The translations under genes and the position numbers were made by a program. The notes under the pieces were generated by a model, which was not told the origin of the DNA, did not search any database, and saw only the letters and a list, made by a program, of their open reading frames with translations. Shown piece by piece: positions 52,144 through 62,346 of a DNA stretch of 64,000 nt. Position 1 is the stretch's first letter. Every line of letters starts with the position of its first letter. The stretch is from Opitutales bacterium (GTDB lineage: Bacteria; Verrucomicrobiota; Verrucomicrobiia; Opitutales; JABSRG01): positions 45,216 to 109,215 of the forward strand of contig JBMYOQ010000008.1 of the NCBI GenBank assembly GCA_049599475.1, in the 5' to 3' direction.

Positions 52144-53100
52144 CTAGAGTAGCTTCGATACCGAAGCCGCGGCTGCAAGCCCTGATTGCGCTGCCGACTC
52201 CACTCGACCTCCCAAGAATCCGTCTCCGGCTAACGCCAGATGAAGGGGCGCGAAGCAATAATGGTTCTCGGGTCGCGGTGCGAGGGTCTTAGCAAAGCCC
52301 CAACGGTGAACTGAAGCCTCTGCAACCTCAGATCCTAAATATTGTTGGGCGGCATCCAAAAGCAGGGGTAGGCGCACATCGTTTGGGCTGTCCCAGTACT
52401 TTTCTGCAAATTCTGGCGAACTATGAATCGTAAAAGAGGCTATCGGGGAAATTCCCTTTTTTTGGTTATCTGTAATGCTTTCGACAATACTTTTCTCGAT
52501 TTTTAGAATTCCGGGTTCACGGATTTTCGATTTCGAATTGAGCGTTCCGAGGGCGACTAGGCAGCGTGTGTAGCGCACTGAATCGAGGGCCTCATAATCA
52601 GCAGCGGGGAGTTCTATGTCACTGTTTTTTAGCAGTGATAACGCTTGGGGTAGCGGGGCTGTGATGATTAGTGATTGTGAGGTGAAAGACTGTGCGTCCT
52701 CACTCTTAAGTGTCCACGTGTCCTGTTCGTAGGATACCTCGATAATCTTGGTCGATTTGCTGATTTCGAGATTCTGAGCAAGTAATTTTGGCACATCAGT
52801 CATGCCGGTTTTACCGCGCCAGCACAGATCGAATTTGTCGCGATACCATTTGCTGAGTTTACCGCTCGCAACCCATCCCTGAACCCACGGTTTGAAAACA
52901 TCGCTACGTTGGGTGAAAAACTGGGCTCCATGGTCAATGCGAGCTTCGCCCATGCGCCGGGTGGCCATGCGCCCTCCGACACCTCGCCCTTTGTCCAAGA
53001 CCAAGACAGATTTTCCTGCTTCTTTGAGCTGGGTCGCGGCGAGCAGGCCAGATATGCCTGCTCCGATTACGATACAGTCGAATTTCCCTGAGTGCTGCAT
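52144..53100 (-). CDS. Renalase-like NAD(P)/FAD-dependent oxidoreductase
   Basis: IGAGISGL, DKGRGVGGRMATRR, DHGAQFF, HRW, GD..GGRVESA..SG. Confidence 0.85.
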   Translation of the reverse strand: MQHSGKFDCIVIGAGISGLLAATQLKEAGKSVLVLDKGRGVGGRMATRRMGEARIDHGAQFFTQRSDVFKPWVQGWVASGKLSKWYRDKFDLCWRGKTGMTDVPKLLAQNLEISKSTKIIEVSYEQDTWTLKSEDAQSFTSQSLIITAPLPQALSLLKNSDIELPAADYEALDSVRYTRCLVALGTLNSKSKIREPGILKIEKSIVESITDNQKKGISPIASFTIHSSPEFAEKYWDSPNDVRLPLLLDAAQQYLGSEVAEASVHRWGFAKTLAPRPENHYCFAPLHLALAGDGFLGGRVESAAQSGLAAAASVSKLL

Positions 53101-53140
53101 ATTAAGTAGGCTACTCAGTTCTGAAGTATTGGCAAATAGC

Positions 53141-56100
53141 CTAGTAGTCCAAATAGGGTGCGAGCCACTTTTCGACAGTTTCTATATCCAATTCTTTGCG
53201 ACCGGCGTAGTCTTCAATCTGGTCCTTACCAATTTTTCCGACACTGAAATAGCGCGCCTCTGGGTGGCAGAAATAGAGACCGCTTACCGATGAAGCGGGT
53301 GTCATGGCAAAGCTTTCTGTAAGCTCAATACCGGTGTGTTTTTCGGCATCGAGCCAGTCAAAGAGAGCACGTTTTTCGGTATGGTCGGGACAGGCTGGAT
53401 AACCCGCCGCAGGGCGGATGCCGCGGTATCTTTCTTTAATGAGCTCCTCGTTGCTCAGCTCTTCAGTATTCCCGTAGCCCCATATTTTCCGGATTTCACG
53501 GTGCATCCATTCAGCAAAGGCTTCTGCTAGACGATCGCCTACAGCTTTAGCCAAAATGCTATTGTAGTCGTCGTGTTCGGCTTCGAAGGCTTTAGAGTAT
53601 TCTTCGACTCCGTGCCCCGTAGTCACCGCGAACCCACCGATGTAATCTGTTTTTCCCGACGCTTTAGGCGCAACGAAATCGGACAAAGCAAAGCTAGGTC
53701 GACCATCTTCGCGCTGTCCTTGTTGGCGCAAGGTGTGAAAAACACAATCCGTGGTCTCTATGTCGTCGCCAATCGTATGCGCTGGTTCGATACGAATAAC
53801 ACCCTTGGCCTGGAAAATCTTTTTATCGATGACTTCGCGTAGCATCTTATTGGCATCATCGAACAGTTTTCGGGCTTCTTCGCCGACTTTTGGATCGTCC
53901 AGGATTTTAGGGTAGCGTCCGCGAAGTTCCCACGCTGAGAAAAACGGGGTCCAGTCGATTAGTTCGAGCAATTGGTTTAGGTCGAAATCATCATACACCT
54001 TCGTTCCGATAAAGCTCGGGACATCCGGGGAGTATGCCTCCCAGTCAGTTTTATAGGCGTTAGCACGTGCGTCGCTGAGCGGCATTAATGGTTTGATGTC
54101 GCGTCCCGCGGCGAAATCTTCGCGTATCTTCTGTTGGCGGGCAGCGTGCTTTTCGCGAGTTGCCTCGCGTAGTGCAGGATTCAAAAGATCGTTTACGACA
54201 TTCACCACGCGCGAGGCATCTGAGACATGCACAACGGGCTGTTCGTAGTGGGGTGCAATCTTTACTGCAGTATGTGCTGCGGACGTTGTCGCCCCTCCGA
54301 TGAGTAGGGGCACGTCAAAACCGCTTCGAGTCATCTCCTTGGCTACATGAACCATTTCGTCGAGCGAAGGAGTGATGAGGCCGCTGAGGCCAATGATATC
54401 TGCGCCGATCTCCTTTGCCTTCGCGAGGATCTTTTCGCAGGGAACCATTACGCCCATATCGATCACCTCGAAATTATTACATGCCAGGACGACAGCTACG
54501 ATATTCTTACCGATGTCATGCACGTCACCTTTGACGGTCGCAATGAGGAATGTCCCTTGTTTCTTGGCGGCTCCTTCAGCTTTTTCGGCTTCCATGTAAG
54601 GTAGCAAGTAAGCGACCGCTTTTTTCATGACACGCGCGCTCTTCACTACTTGAGGGAGGAACATCTTGCCTGCACCGAACAGATCACCGACTACTGCCAT
54701 ACCATCCATCAATGGACCTTCAATGACTTGTAACGGCCTGTCGAATTGCTGACGGGCCTCTTCGGTATCTGTGTCAATGTATTCAACAATTCCCTTCACG
54801 AGGGCGTGCTTGAGTCGCTCTGCGACGGGCTTCTCGCGCCATGCAAGTTTGTCCCCAGTATCTTCTTTTTTGCCCTGGCCCATGTAGTTGGGGGCGGCAT
54901 CGATGAGGCGTTCTGTGGCGTCGGGCCCGCGGTTGAGTAAGACGTCTTCCACGAGCTCCAGGAGGTCCTTGGGAATTTCATCATATACGGCCAGCATGCC
55001 CGCATTTACAATCCCCATATCCATACCTGCTTCGATGGCGTGGTAGAGGAAGGCCGCGTGCATCGCTTCGCGCACGGGATTATTTCCCCGGAAAGAGAAT
55101 GAAATATTACTGACACCGCCGGAGACTTTCGCACCGGGGCACAAGCGTTTAATTTCTCTCGTGGCTTCGATGAAGTCGACGGCGTATGTATTGTGTTCCT
55201 CGATACCTGTGCCGACAGTCAGTATGTTCGGATCGAATACAATATCCTCGGCTGGGAAATCAGCCTCTTCAGTAAGGAGTTTGTAGGCGCGTTGGCAGAT
55301 GCGAATTTTATCCTCTTTGGTCGCCGCTTGACCTTTTTCATCGAAAGCCATGACGACGGTTGCGGCTCCATATTGCCGGATTTTCTTTGCGTAATGGATG
55401 AACGCTTCTTCACCTTCCTTCAGGCTAATCGAATTGACAATGGCTTTGCCCTGTACCGTTTGCAGGCCTGCTTCAATGATCTCCCATTTGGAGCTATCGA
55501 TCATAATCGGCACCTTTGAAATATCCGGCTCCGAAGCGACAAGTTTTAAGAAGTGAGTCATCGCTTCGATACCATCAAGCATGCCTTCGTCGAAGTTGAT
55601 ATCGATGATATTGGCACCGTTTTCTACCTGTTGGCGTGCGATGCTGAGGGCTGTCTCGTAATCACCTTTCTTGATTAGCTTAGCGAAGCGCGGTGAGCCT
55701 GTTACGTTCGTGCGCTCGCCTACCATTACAAAGCTCTTTAGCTGATCGTCGCCGATTGTGAATGGCTCGAGTCCGCTGAGGCGCATGGCATCCTTCGGAG
55801 TGGCGCGGACTCGTGGTGCTTTTCCTCTGAGGCCGTCTGCTATCGCGGCAATGTGGCTCGGTGTTGTTCCACAGCAGCCGCCGACCAAGTTTACACTTTT
55901 GCTTTCGGCAAAGGTGTTCAGGACCGTACGCATGTTCTCAGGTGTGTCGTCGTAGCCTGTCTCGGAAAGGGGGTTGGGCAAACCAGCGTTGGGGTAGACG
56001 TGGACGTAAGAATCTGCGACCTTACTGAGGGTCTCTACATAGGGACGCATGTCTTCGGCACCCAGGGCACAATTGATCCCCACACAGAATGGTTTTGCGT

Positions 56101-56851
56101 GTTCGATGGAGTTCCAGAATGCCTCAGTTGTCTGGCCGGAAAGCGTGCGCCCGGATGCATCGGTGATGGTCACCGAGACGATCACAGGGATTGCGCGATC
56201 ATGTTTCTTTTGGAAATCGTGAATCGCGAAAAGGCAGGCCTTCAAATTGAGTGTATCGAAGACCGTCTCTGGCATCAGGATATCTACACCGCCTTCCACG
56301 AGGCTTTCAATTTGCTCGTAGTAGCTTTGATAAACATCGTCCCAGCTTACGGCTCGGAAGGCAGGATTGTTTACGTCTGGCGAAAGAGACAGAGTTTTTG
56401 TTGTCGGACCGATGGCGCCAGCTACGTATACCTTGCGATCAGGGTTGTCCGCCATGAAGTCTTCTGCGGTATCCTTCGCTAGGCGAGCGGCAGCGACATT
56501 TAGCTCGGGGACCAGGTCCTCCATATGATAATCTGCTTGGGACAAACGAGTCGAGCTGAAGGTGTTGGTCTCGATGATGTCTGCGCCAGCCTCGAGAAAG
56601 TCGCGATGAATTGCACCGATGACTTCAGGCTTGGTGAGGACTAAAAGTTCATTATTGCCCTTTACGGGGTGAGGGTAGTCCGCGAAACGCTCCCCGCGGT
56701 AGTCTTCCTCGGTCAGCTTATAAGTCTGGATCATTGTCCCCATCGCACCATCAATGATCATTATGCGTTCCGCCAAGGAGGCATCCAGCGCGGCGAGTGT
56801 CGCGAGGTCTTGCTCTTTCGATCCAGTGTGTTTCGAGGAAATGTTATTCAT
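53141..56851 (-). CDS. metH: Cobalamin-dependent methionine synthase
   Basis: [30 protein letters not shown]12-binding motif, [12 protein letters not shown]. Confidence 0.98.
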   Translation of the reverse strand: MNNISSKHTGSKEQDLATLAALDASLAERIMIIDGAMGTMIQTYKLTEEDYRGERFADYPHPVKGNNELLVLTKPEVIGAIHRDFLEAGADIIETNTFSSTRLSQADYHMEDLVPELNVAAARLAKDTAEDFMADNPDRKVYVAGAIGPTTKTLSLSPDVNNPAFRAVSWDDVYQSYYEQIESLVEGGVDILMPETVFDTLNLKACLFAIHDFQKKHDRAIPVIVSVTITDASGRTLSGQTTEAFWNSIEHAKPFCVGINCALGAEDMRPYVETLSKVADSYVHVYPNAGLPNPLSETGYDDTPENMRTVLNTFAESKSVNLVGGCCGTTPSHIAAIADGLRGKAPRVRATPKDAMRLSGLEPFTIGDDQLKSFVMVGERTNVTGSPRFAKLIKKGDYETALSIARQQVENGANIIDINFDEGMLDGIEAMTHFLKLVASEPDISKVPIMIDSSKWEIIEAGLQTVQGKAIVNSISLKEGEEAFIHYAKKIRQYGAATVVMAFDEKGQAATKEDKIRICQRAYKLLTEEADFPAEDIVFDPNILTVGTGIEEHNTYAVDFIEATREIKRLCPGAKVSGGVSNISFSFRGNNPVREAMHAAFLYHAIEAGMDMGIVNAGMLAVYDEIPKDLLELVEDVLLNRGPDATERLIDAAPNYMGQGKKEDTGDKLAWREKPVAERLKHALVKGIVEYIDTDTEEARQQFDRPLQVIEGPLMDGMAVVGDLFGAGKMFLPQVVKSARVMKKAVAYLLPYMEAEKAEGAAKKQGTFLIATVKGDVHDIGKNIVAVVLACNNFEVIDMGVMVPCEKILAKAKEIGADIIGLSGLITPSLDEMVHVAKEMTRSGFDVPLLIGGATTSAAHTAVKIAPHYEQPVVHVSDASRVVNVVNDLLNPALREATREKHAARQQKIREDFAAGRDIKPLMPLSDARANAYKTDWEAYSPDVPSFIGTKVYDDFDLNQLLELIDWTPFFSAWELRGRYPKILDDPKVGEEARKLFDDANKMLREVIDKKIFQAKGVIRIEPAHTIGDDIETTDCVFHTLRQQGQREDGRPSFALSDFVAPKASGKTDYIGGFAVTTGHGVEEYSKAFEAEHDDYNSILAKAVGDRLAEAFAEWMHREIRKIWGYGNTEELSNEELIKERYRGIRPAAGYPACPDHTEKRALFDWLDAEKHTGIELTESFAMTPASSVSGLYFCHPEARYFSVGKIGKDQIEDYAGRKELDIETVEKWLAPYLDY

Positions 56852-57062
56852 TATATCAATATATTCGGATGCGAGGATATGTTATAAAGCTAGTGTCTCG
56901 GTTTGAGAACTCCAGCCTGAAATAGATCCTATTTTGAATCCTATTCTGGAATTGAGAGGAATTTATCAATAAATAGATCAGAATACCGTTATTTTCCTAA
57001 ACCCCAAGGGATACTTCCGACTTAATCGTCGTTTCCCGAACATCCCAATCTGAACCCTTGCC

Positions 57063-59114
57063 ATGGAAGAGAATCTGCCTGCTAAATCTGGACCTAAAGT
57101 ATTTCCCGAGGACGTGCGGGTATTCGCCTGCATCTTGATCGACGAGAAGGTCTTGGATTTTGATGCCTTTGACCGATTAGTTGAGCTCGCGCCGAGTGGT
57201 TGCAGTCTCCTCGACTTTGGTCAGCTGATCATCGATCAGGACATTTGTGAAGATTTCGAAAGAGTCCAGGAAGCACTGGATGCTGCGTGCGAGGCCATTG
57301 AAGCTGGCAAAAAAGCTCCGTGGGATCCCTTCGATACTGGGGATGACTTCGAAGAGCCGATGAGTGAAACGGCCGATGAGGCTGAAGCATCACCGGTTCC
57401 CGGTTCGAATTTTAGCAAAGGGTCGGGAGGGGATGATGCTGAGGATGTACCGGCCGAATCTGACGAAAGTGCGCCTGAACAAAAGCCCGAACCCGATGCT
57501 TACAATCGGCAGAAGATTCCCATGCCCAAGAAGTCGGCAAAAGTGGATGACGAAGAGCCCTCGAGCTCAGGGCCGAAAAAAATAAAGTTTTCCGGAACCA
57601 TAACTCCATTCGCTAAAGGCGACTCGCCCTCGGGCAAAGGCGGCGATTACTCGCTTGCGGATCTAGCAGATCAGGCGTTGAGGAGCCTGTCTGATGACGC
57701 GCCGAAAAAGCCGACACTGGGTAGCGTTAAGCCCAGTGCGAAAGTTCCCTCGGAATCTCGAGGTCCGGCAAAACGCGTGAGTCTGAACGAAGATACTCTG
57801 GAAAGCCTGGCCGCAGCGGCCTCGGCAGCGGTAGATAAAGTCGCTAAGATGCCCGATGCCGCGCCGGCTAATGCAATGAGTAAGGCCGAGAAACCAGGCG
57901 AAAGCTGGATAGCGGCTCAAGGTGTCAGCGCCGATAAGCCAGATTTCCGTCAGTTGAGTGGGGCGTCAGGAGAAGAGCTCAAGACATACATGATCTCTCT
58001 GCTCCTGCATTGTGCGAACAGCGGGTATTCCGATTTGCACATCTCTTCAGATGCACGGCCCTTTGCGCGAAAACACGGTGCGGTAGATTATTTAGATGAA
58101 AAGGTCCTCACTGCGGAGGAGGCTAAGGGCTTGAATACGAGTCTTCTATCCGAGGAGCAGTTGAAGTATTTTGACGATCAGCAGGACTATGATTTCGCGG
58201 TACCCTTCGATACGGGTCATCGTTTTCGGACGAATCTGATGGTCCACAAGGACGGTATTGCGGGGACTTACCGCATTGTCCCGGGGAGTCCGGCTCCGAT
58301 CGAGAAGCTTGGCTACTCTGACCAGAGAACCGAGGTGCTTAAAAAATTACTTACTTATCACAACGGGCTAGTCTTGGTCACCGGGCCTGTGGGGTCTGGG
58401 AAGACAATGACTCTCGCCTCGCTTGTGGCAGAGATGAACCAGAATCGTACCGATCACGTTATCTGCGTAGAAGAGCCGATCGAAATTGTTCATCAGTCGG
58501 ATCAGTGCTCGGTGACTCAGAGAGGGGTGGGGCCGCACACGAATACCTTCCACTCTGCTCTAAAAGGGGCACTCCGGCAGGACCCAGACATCATTGTCAT
58601 TGGTGAAATGCGAGATTTGGAGACGATCGAGATGGCGATTTCTGCCTCGGAGACGGGCCACTTGGTGATCGGGACAATGCATACTTCTGACGCGAGTAAT
58701 ACGCTCAATCGTTTGTTGGATGTATTTCCTCCTGCGCAGCAGCCTCAGATTCGCGCCATGGTTGCTGAATCGCTCAAAGGCATCGTGTGTCAGCGCCTAT
58801 TGCCGGGTAAATCAGGGGGCGTCGTTTTGGCCTGCGAACTCTTGTTGAATAACACCGCCGTCGCAGCGCTTATCCGCGAGGGTAAATCCCAGGGGCTCAG
58901 TAATATCATGGAAACGGGCAAACGGGACGGCATGATCCTGATGGATAATTCGGTATTGGAGCTGTTCCAGGCAGGTGAGATTACCGAAGAAACCGCGCGT
59001 GCGAATATTAAGAATGAGGTGCTTCTGCGAAATTTAAATCCTGGGGCAATGTCCTCTTCAGAGCCACAACCAGCCAAGGAAGAACCCAAGAAACGCGGCT
59101 TTTTCCGCAAATAA
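57063..59114 (+). CDS. pilT: PilT/PilU-family type IV pilus ATPase with long N-terminal extension
   Basis: SDLHI, GPVGSGKT, ALRQDPD..GEMRD, ETGHLVIGTMHT, ALIRE; about 300 extra N-terminal residues. Confidence 0.9.
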   Translation: MEENLPAKSGPKVFPEDVRVFACILIDEKVLDFDAFDRLVELAPSGCSLLDFGQLIIDQDICEDFERVQEALDAACEAIEAGKKAPWDPFDTGDDFEEPMSETADEAEASPVPGSNFSKGSGGDDAEDVPAESDESAPEQKPEPDAYNRQKIPMPKKSAKVDDEEPSSSGPKKIKFSGTITPFAKGDSPSGKGGDYSLADLADQALRSLSDDAPKKPTLGSVKPSAKVPSESRGPAKRVSLNEDTLESLAAAASAAVDKVAKMPDAAPANAMSKAEKPGESWIAAQGVSADKPDFRQLSGASGEELKTYMISLLLHCANSGYSDLHISSDARPFARKHGAVDYLDEKVLTAEEAKGLNTSLLSEEQLKYFDDQQDYDFAVPFDTGHRFRTNLMVHKDGIAGTYRIVPGSPAPIEKLGYSDQRTEVLKKLLTYHNGLVLVTGPVGSGKTMTLASLVAEMNQNRTDHVICVEEPIEIVHQSDQCSVTQRGVGPHTNTFHSALKGALRQDPDIIVIGEMRDLETIEMAISASETGHLVIGTMHTSDASNTLNRLLDVFPPAQQPQIRAMVAESLKGIVCQRLLPGKSGGVVLACELLLNNTAVAALIREGKSQGLSNIMETGKRDGMILMDNSVLELFQAGEITEETARANIKNEVLLRNLNPGAMSSSEPQPAKEEPKKRGFFRK

Positions 59115-59132
59115 TTTTAGCGAAGATACACT

Positions 59133-60188
59133 ATGGCTCAGATCGATACTTACCTTCGGCAAATGCTTGAGAACGATGGTTCCGACCTCCACATGAATGT
59201 CGGGTCTCCCCCGAAGATTCGAGCATCGGGATCCATCACCGAGTTGGATGCGCCGGTGCTCACCGCTGAGTCTATGGCGGGATTGCTAAGTGAAATTACC
59301 TCTGAGGAACGGTGGGAGCATTATTTAGAAAACAACGACCTCGACCTCGCCTATGAGATTCCGGGCTTGGCGCGTTTTCGTGGATCCTACCTGCGCAACC
59401 ACTGGGGCCAGGCCGCAGTATTTCGTCAAATTCCGGCGGAGATCCTATCCTTTGATTTCTTGAAATTGCCTCCGGTTCTCAAGGAGGTCTGCGCGTACAA
59501 AGAAGGCTTGGTGCTTGTGACGGGTCCAACGGGCTCAGGTAAATCGACCACGCTTGCGGCGATGATCGACTATATTAACGAGAATTTTGCGAAGCACATA
59601 ATCACGGTCGAAGACCCTGTAGAGTTTGTACATCCCAAGAAGAAATCTGTAATCGTGCACCGAGAGGTTGGCGAGCACTCGCATTCCTTTGGTAATGCCC
59701 TTCGTGGAGCTATGCGGGCAGATCCGGATATCCTGCTGGTGGGCGAAATGCGAGAACTTGAGACGATCAAGCTTGCTCTGAATTGTGCCTCCATGGGGAT
59801 GCTCGTTTTCGGTACGCTGCACACGAATAATGCCCCGAAAACAATTGACCGTATCATCGATGCGTTCCCCGCAGAAGAGCAGTCGCAGATCCGAGTCATG
59901 CTTTCAAGTTGTCTCTCTTGTGTTGTTTCTCAGCTGCTGTGTAAGCGCCTGCCCAAGGGACGACTCGCGGTGCATGAGATTTTGCTCAAACATGACGCTC
60001 TACCAAACACGATTCGGACTGGAAACATCTCTGCTGTTCGGGGTATTATCGAGAGTAGCATTTCCAAAGGCATGTGCCTGATGGATGGCACCATCATGAA
60101 TGCGCTTCAAGAAGGCAAAATTTCAGGCAACGAAGCCTACATGAAGGCAACCGATAAGGAGAAATTTAAACAGTTCCTGGATAAATAA
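59133..60188 (+). CDS. pilT: PilT-family type IV pilus retraction ATPase
   Basis: SDLHM, GPTGSGKST, EDPVE, DPD..LVGEMR, GTLHT. Confidence 0.93.
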   Translation: MAQIDTYLRQMLENDGSDLHMNVGSPPKIRASGSITELDAPVLTAESMAGLLSEITSEERWEHYLENNDLDLAYEIPGLARFRGSYLRNHWGQAAVFRQIPAEILSFDFLKLPPVLKEVCAYKEGLVLVTGPTGSGKSTTLAAMIDYINENFAKHIITVEDPVEFVHPKKKSVIVHREVGEHSHSFGNALRGAMRADPDILLVGEMRELETIKLALNCASMGMLVFGTLHTNNAPKTIDRIIDAFPAEEQSQIRVMLSSCLSCVVSQLLCKRLPKGRLAVHEILLKHDALPNTIRTGNISAVRGIIESSISKGMCLMDGTIMNALQEGKISGNEAYMKATDKEKFKQFLDK

Positions 60189-60359
60189 GCTCCCCTCTCA
60201 CTCTTCACCCTTGCGCCTCGGCTGCCCAGAGGGCACCTGCTTCAGTGTCCTTCGGACAAAACCTGGTGGTTTTGCCATCTCCGCGCTCCCGCGCTTCGTC
60301 ATCCTTCCAATCACCTATGCGCTTGCCCTGTGGATGTGCTCTTCTAAGCATAGAGTATT

Positions 60360-61166
60360 ATGAAGATAGCGCGGTATATAGACAAAGAAGGTGAAGTCGG
60401 ATTTTGTGAATGGAGAGGGAGTAGTCTGCCTCCGCTGAAGATTGCGGGAACTTTTGGTAGTTTCGAGGTCACAGGGGATATTGCGGATATCGAGCATCTA
60501 CTGTCACCGATTGATCCCAGGACGATCTATGGCGTCGGTCTTAATTATAAAGCACACGCCGAGGAAAAAGGAAAAGAGGTGCCGAAGCTTCCTCTGATCT
60601 TCATGAAGTCTCTGAGTGCCGTGCAGAATCCAGGTAAGCCTATTTTTATTCCGCGCGGTTTGCGGAGTGACAAGGTGGATTATGAGGGTGAGCTGGCGAT
60701 TGTCATGGGGCGCGCGGCCAAGAATGTTAGCAAGAGCGATGCACTGAACTATGTCCTTGGGTACACCGTTGCCAATGATGTGAGTGCGCGCGATTGGCAG
60801 TTTGAGTGGGGCGGAGGACAGTTCTGTCGTGGTAAGACTTTTGATACATTTTGCCCGTTGGGACCTTGTTTGGTAACGACAGATGAGATCGAGAATCCCA
60901 ATGACTTGCGGCTCAAGACGACGCTCAATGGCGAGTTGGTTCAGGAGACTTCGACCGCAGATATGATTTTTGATGTTCCCAGTATCATCAGCTTTCTGAG
61001 TGGTAGTACGACTCTACTTCCTGGAACTGTTATTTTGACAGGAACACCCTCTGGGGTGGGGGCTGCGATGAATCCGCCTCGATATTTGAAGCACGGAGAC
61101 GAGGTTGAGATCGAGATCGAGGGCATCGGAACCCTGAGTAATCCGGTGGAAAACGAGGTGCTTTAG
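60360..61166 (+). CDS. Fumarylacetoacetate hydrolase family protein
   Basis: GLNY..H, DYEGEL, NDVSARD, GKTFDTF.PLGP, TGTP.GVG. Confidence 0.92.
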   Translation: MKIARYIDKEGEVGFCEWRGSSLPPLKIAGTFGSFEVTGDIADIEHLLSPIDPRTIYGVGLNYKAHAEEKGKEVPKLPLIFMKSLSAVQNPGKPIFIPRGLRSDKVDYEGELAIVMGRAAKNVSKSDALNYVLGYTVANDVSARDWQFEWGGGQFCRGKTFDTFCPLGPCLVTTDEIENPNDLRLKTTLNGELVQETSTADMIFDVPSIISFLSGSTTLLPGTVILTGTPSGVGAAMNPPRYLKHGDEVEIEIEGIGTLSNPVENEVL

Positions 61167-61204
61167 TTGAAGTCGTCCACGAACCACACGGAAAGCACTA
61201 AAGT

Positions 61205-61477
61205 TTAGACCTCGTGTATGGTGTAGTGGCGTAATCCGTTGTTGGAAACCTCAGCCCATTCGGATTTCTGGGTTCTTTCTTGGTGGAGTTCGAAAGCTTC
61301 CTTGGATTCGAATTCCTCCTTCACATTGAATCTTCCGCGGATTTCTGAGTGCGCGGTGACTTCGAAAAGAATGCATCCTGGCTCTGCTCGTGTCAGTTCG
61401 ATATGTTTATCTAGAGCGAGTTTGATGATCTGAAGGTTCGCCCCTTGGGGAAACTGAATATGGCCCTCAACCTTCAC
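61205..61477 (-). CDS. Antibiotic biosynthesis monooxygenase (ABM)-family protein
   Basis: TRAEPGC..F...F.V.EEF...AF..HQ. Start set at GTG 61477 (GGAG upstream) rather than 61549. Confidence 0.75.
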   Translation of the reverse strand: MKVEGHIQFPQGANLQIIKLALDKHIELTRAEPGCILFEVTAHSEIRGRFNVKEEFESKEAFELHQERTQKSEWAEVSNNGLRHYTIHEV

Positions 61478-62303
61478 TTGTGGGTATATCTCCAGAGCCC
61501 AAATTGCGTTGTCTTGCGGCTTCAAAAAGGGTGACGACTGCAGCGGCATTTACATTCAATGAATCCGCGGCGCCGTGCATAGGGATGACTGCTCGGGTGT
61601 CCGCAGATTTCAGCCAAAAATCAGTGAGTCCGGTGTCTTCTGCACCCATCACTATGGCGGAAGGGCCGGTGAAATCAATGTCCCAGAACCGCTTGTTTCC
61701 CTCTGGGGTGGTCGCATGTGTGATCACTCCAACATGCTGCATAAAATCCAAGAGATTACGGCTGTCGGCCACCACGACGGGCATGGCAAATATCAAGCCC
61801 TGTGACGAGCGGATTACGTTGGGATTGAAAATGTCCGTTTTCAGGTCACAGCAAAATATGGCGTCGACCCCCGCAGCGTCTGCGGAGCGAATAATGGCTC
61901 CGAGGTTGCCCGGTTTTTCTACTCCATCGACAATTAAGAATAGGGGGTTGGGCGGAGGATTGATCTCATCGATATCGAAGTAGTGCATATCCGCTTCCCC
62001 GATCAGGCCGTCGGGACCTTCGCGATAGGAGAGCTTCTTGAAGGCTTCGGGAGACAGGCGGACGCGTTCGACACTGGGCTCTGATTCCGCGATTTTGATA
62101 AATTCGGCGTGTTGATCCGATTTGAACAGGTCTGGGCAGTAGTAAATGCAGCCCACGCCGACACCGTTTTGCACAGCGTGGGTAAGCTCGCGCAGTCCCT
62201 CGATGAGGAACATCGACCGTGCCTCACGCTCCTTGCGATTCCACAGTTTGCTCACAGCTTTGATTCGCTGGTTTGCTGGGGATTGTATAAAGAGAGGCTC
62301 CAT
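61467..62303 (-). CDS. TrmH/SpoU-family RNA methyltransferase
   Basis: EG.RE, EKPGNLGAIIRSADA, GAE..GL, IPM....SLNV. Confidence 0.92.
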   Translation of the reverse strand: MEPLFIQSPANQRIKAVSKLWNRKEREARSMFLIEGLRELTHAVQNGVGVGCIYYCPDLFKSDQHAEFIKIAESEPSVERVRLSPEAFKKLSYREGPDGLIGEADMHYFDIDEINPPPNPLFLIVDGVEKPGNLGAIIRSADAAGVDAIFCCDLKTDIFNPNVIRSSQGLIFAMPVVVADSRNLLDFMQHVGVITHATTPEGNKRFWDIDFTGPSAIVMGAEDTGLTDFWLKSADTRAVIPMHGAADSLNVNAAAVVTLFEAARQRNLGSGDIPTSEG

Positions 62304-62346
62304 GTTATGGGGATATGCTTTGTAAATTCATCAGAACAAGCATCTT

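Noticed and set aside
55853..56482. 209-aa plus-strand ORF
   Set aside because: Antisense shadow of metH.
61478..61549. Long overlap of the ABM ORF with trmH
   Set aside because: A GTG at 61477 with an upstream GGAG removes most of the overlap and fits the family length.
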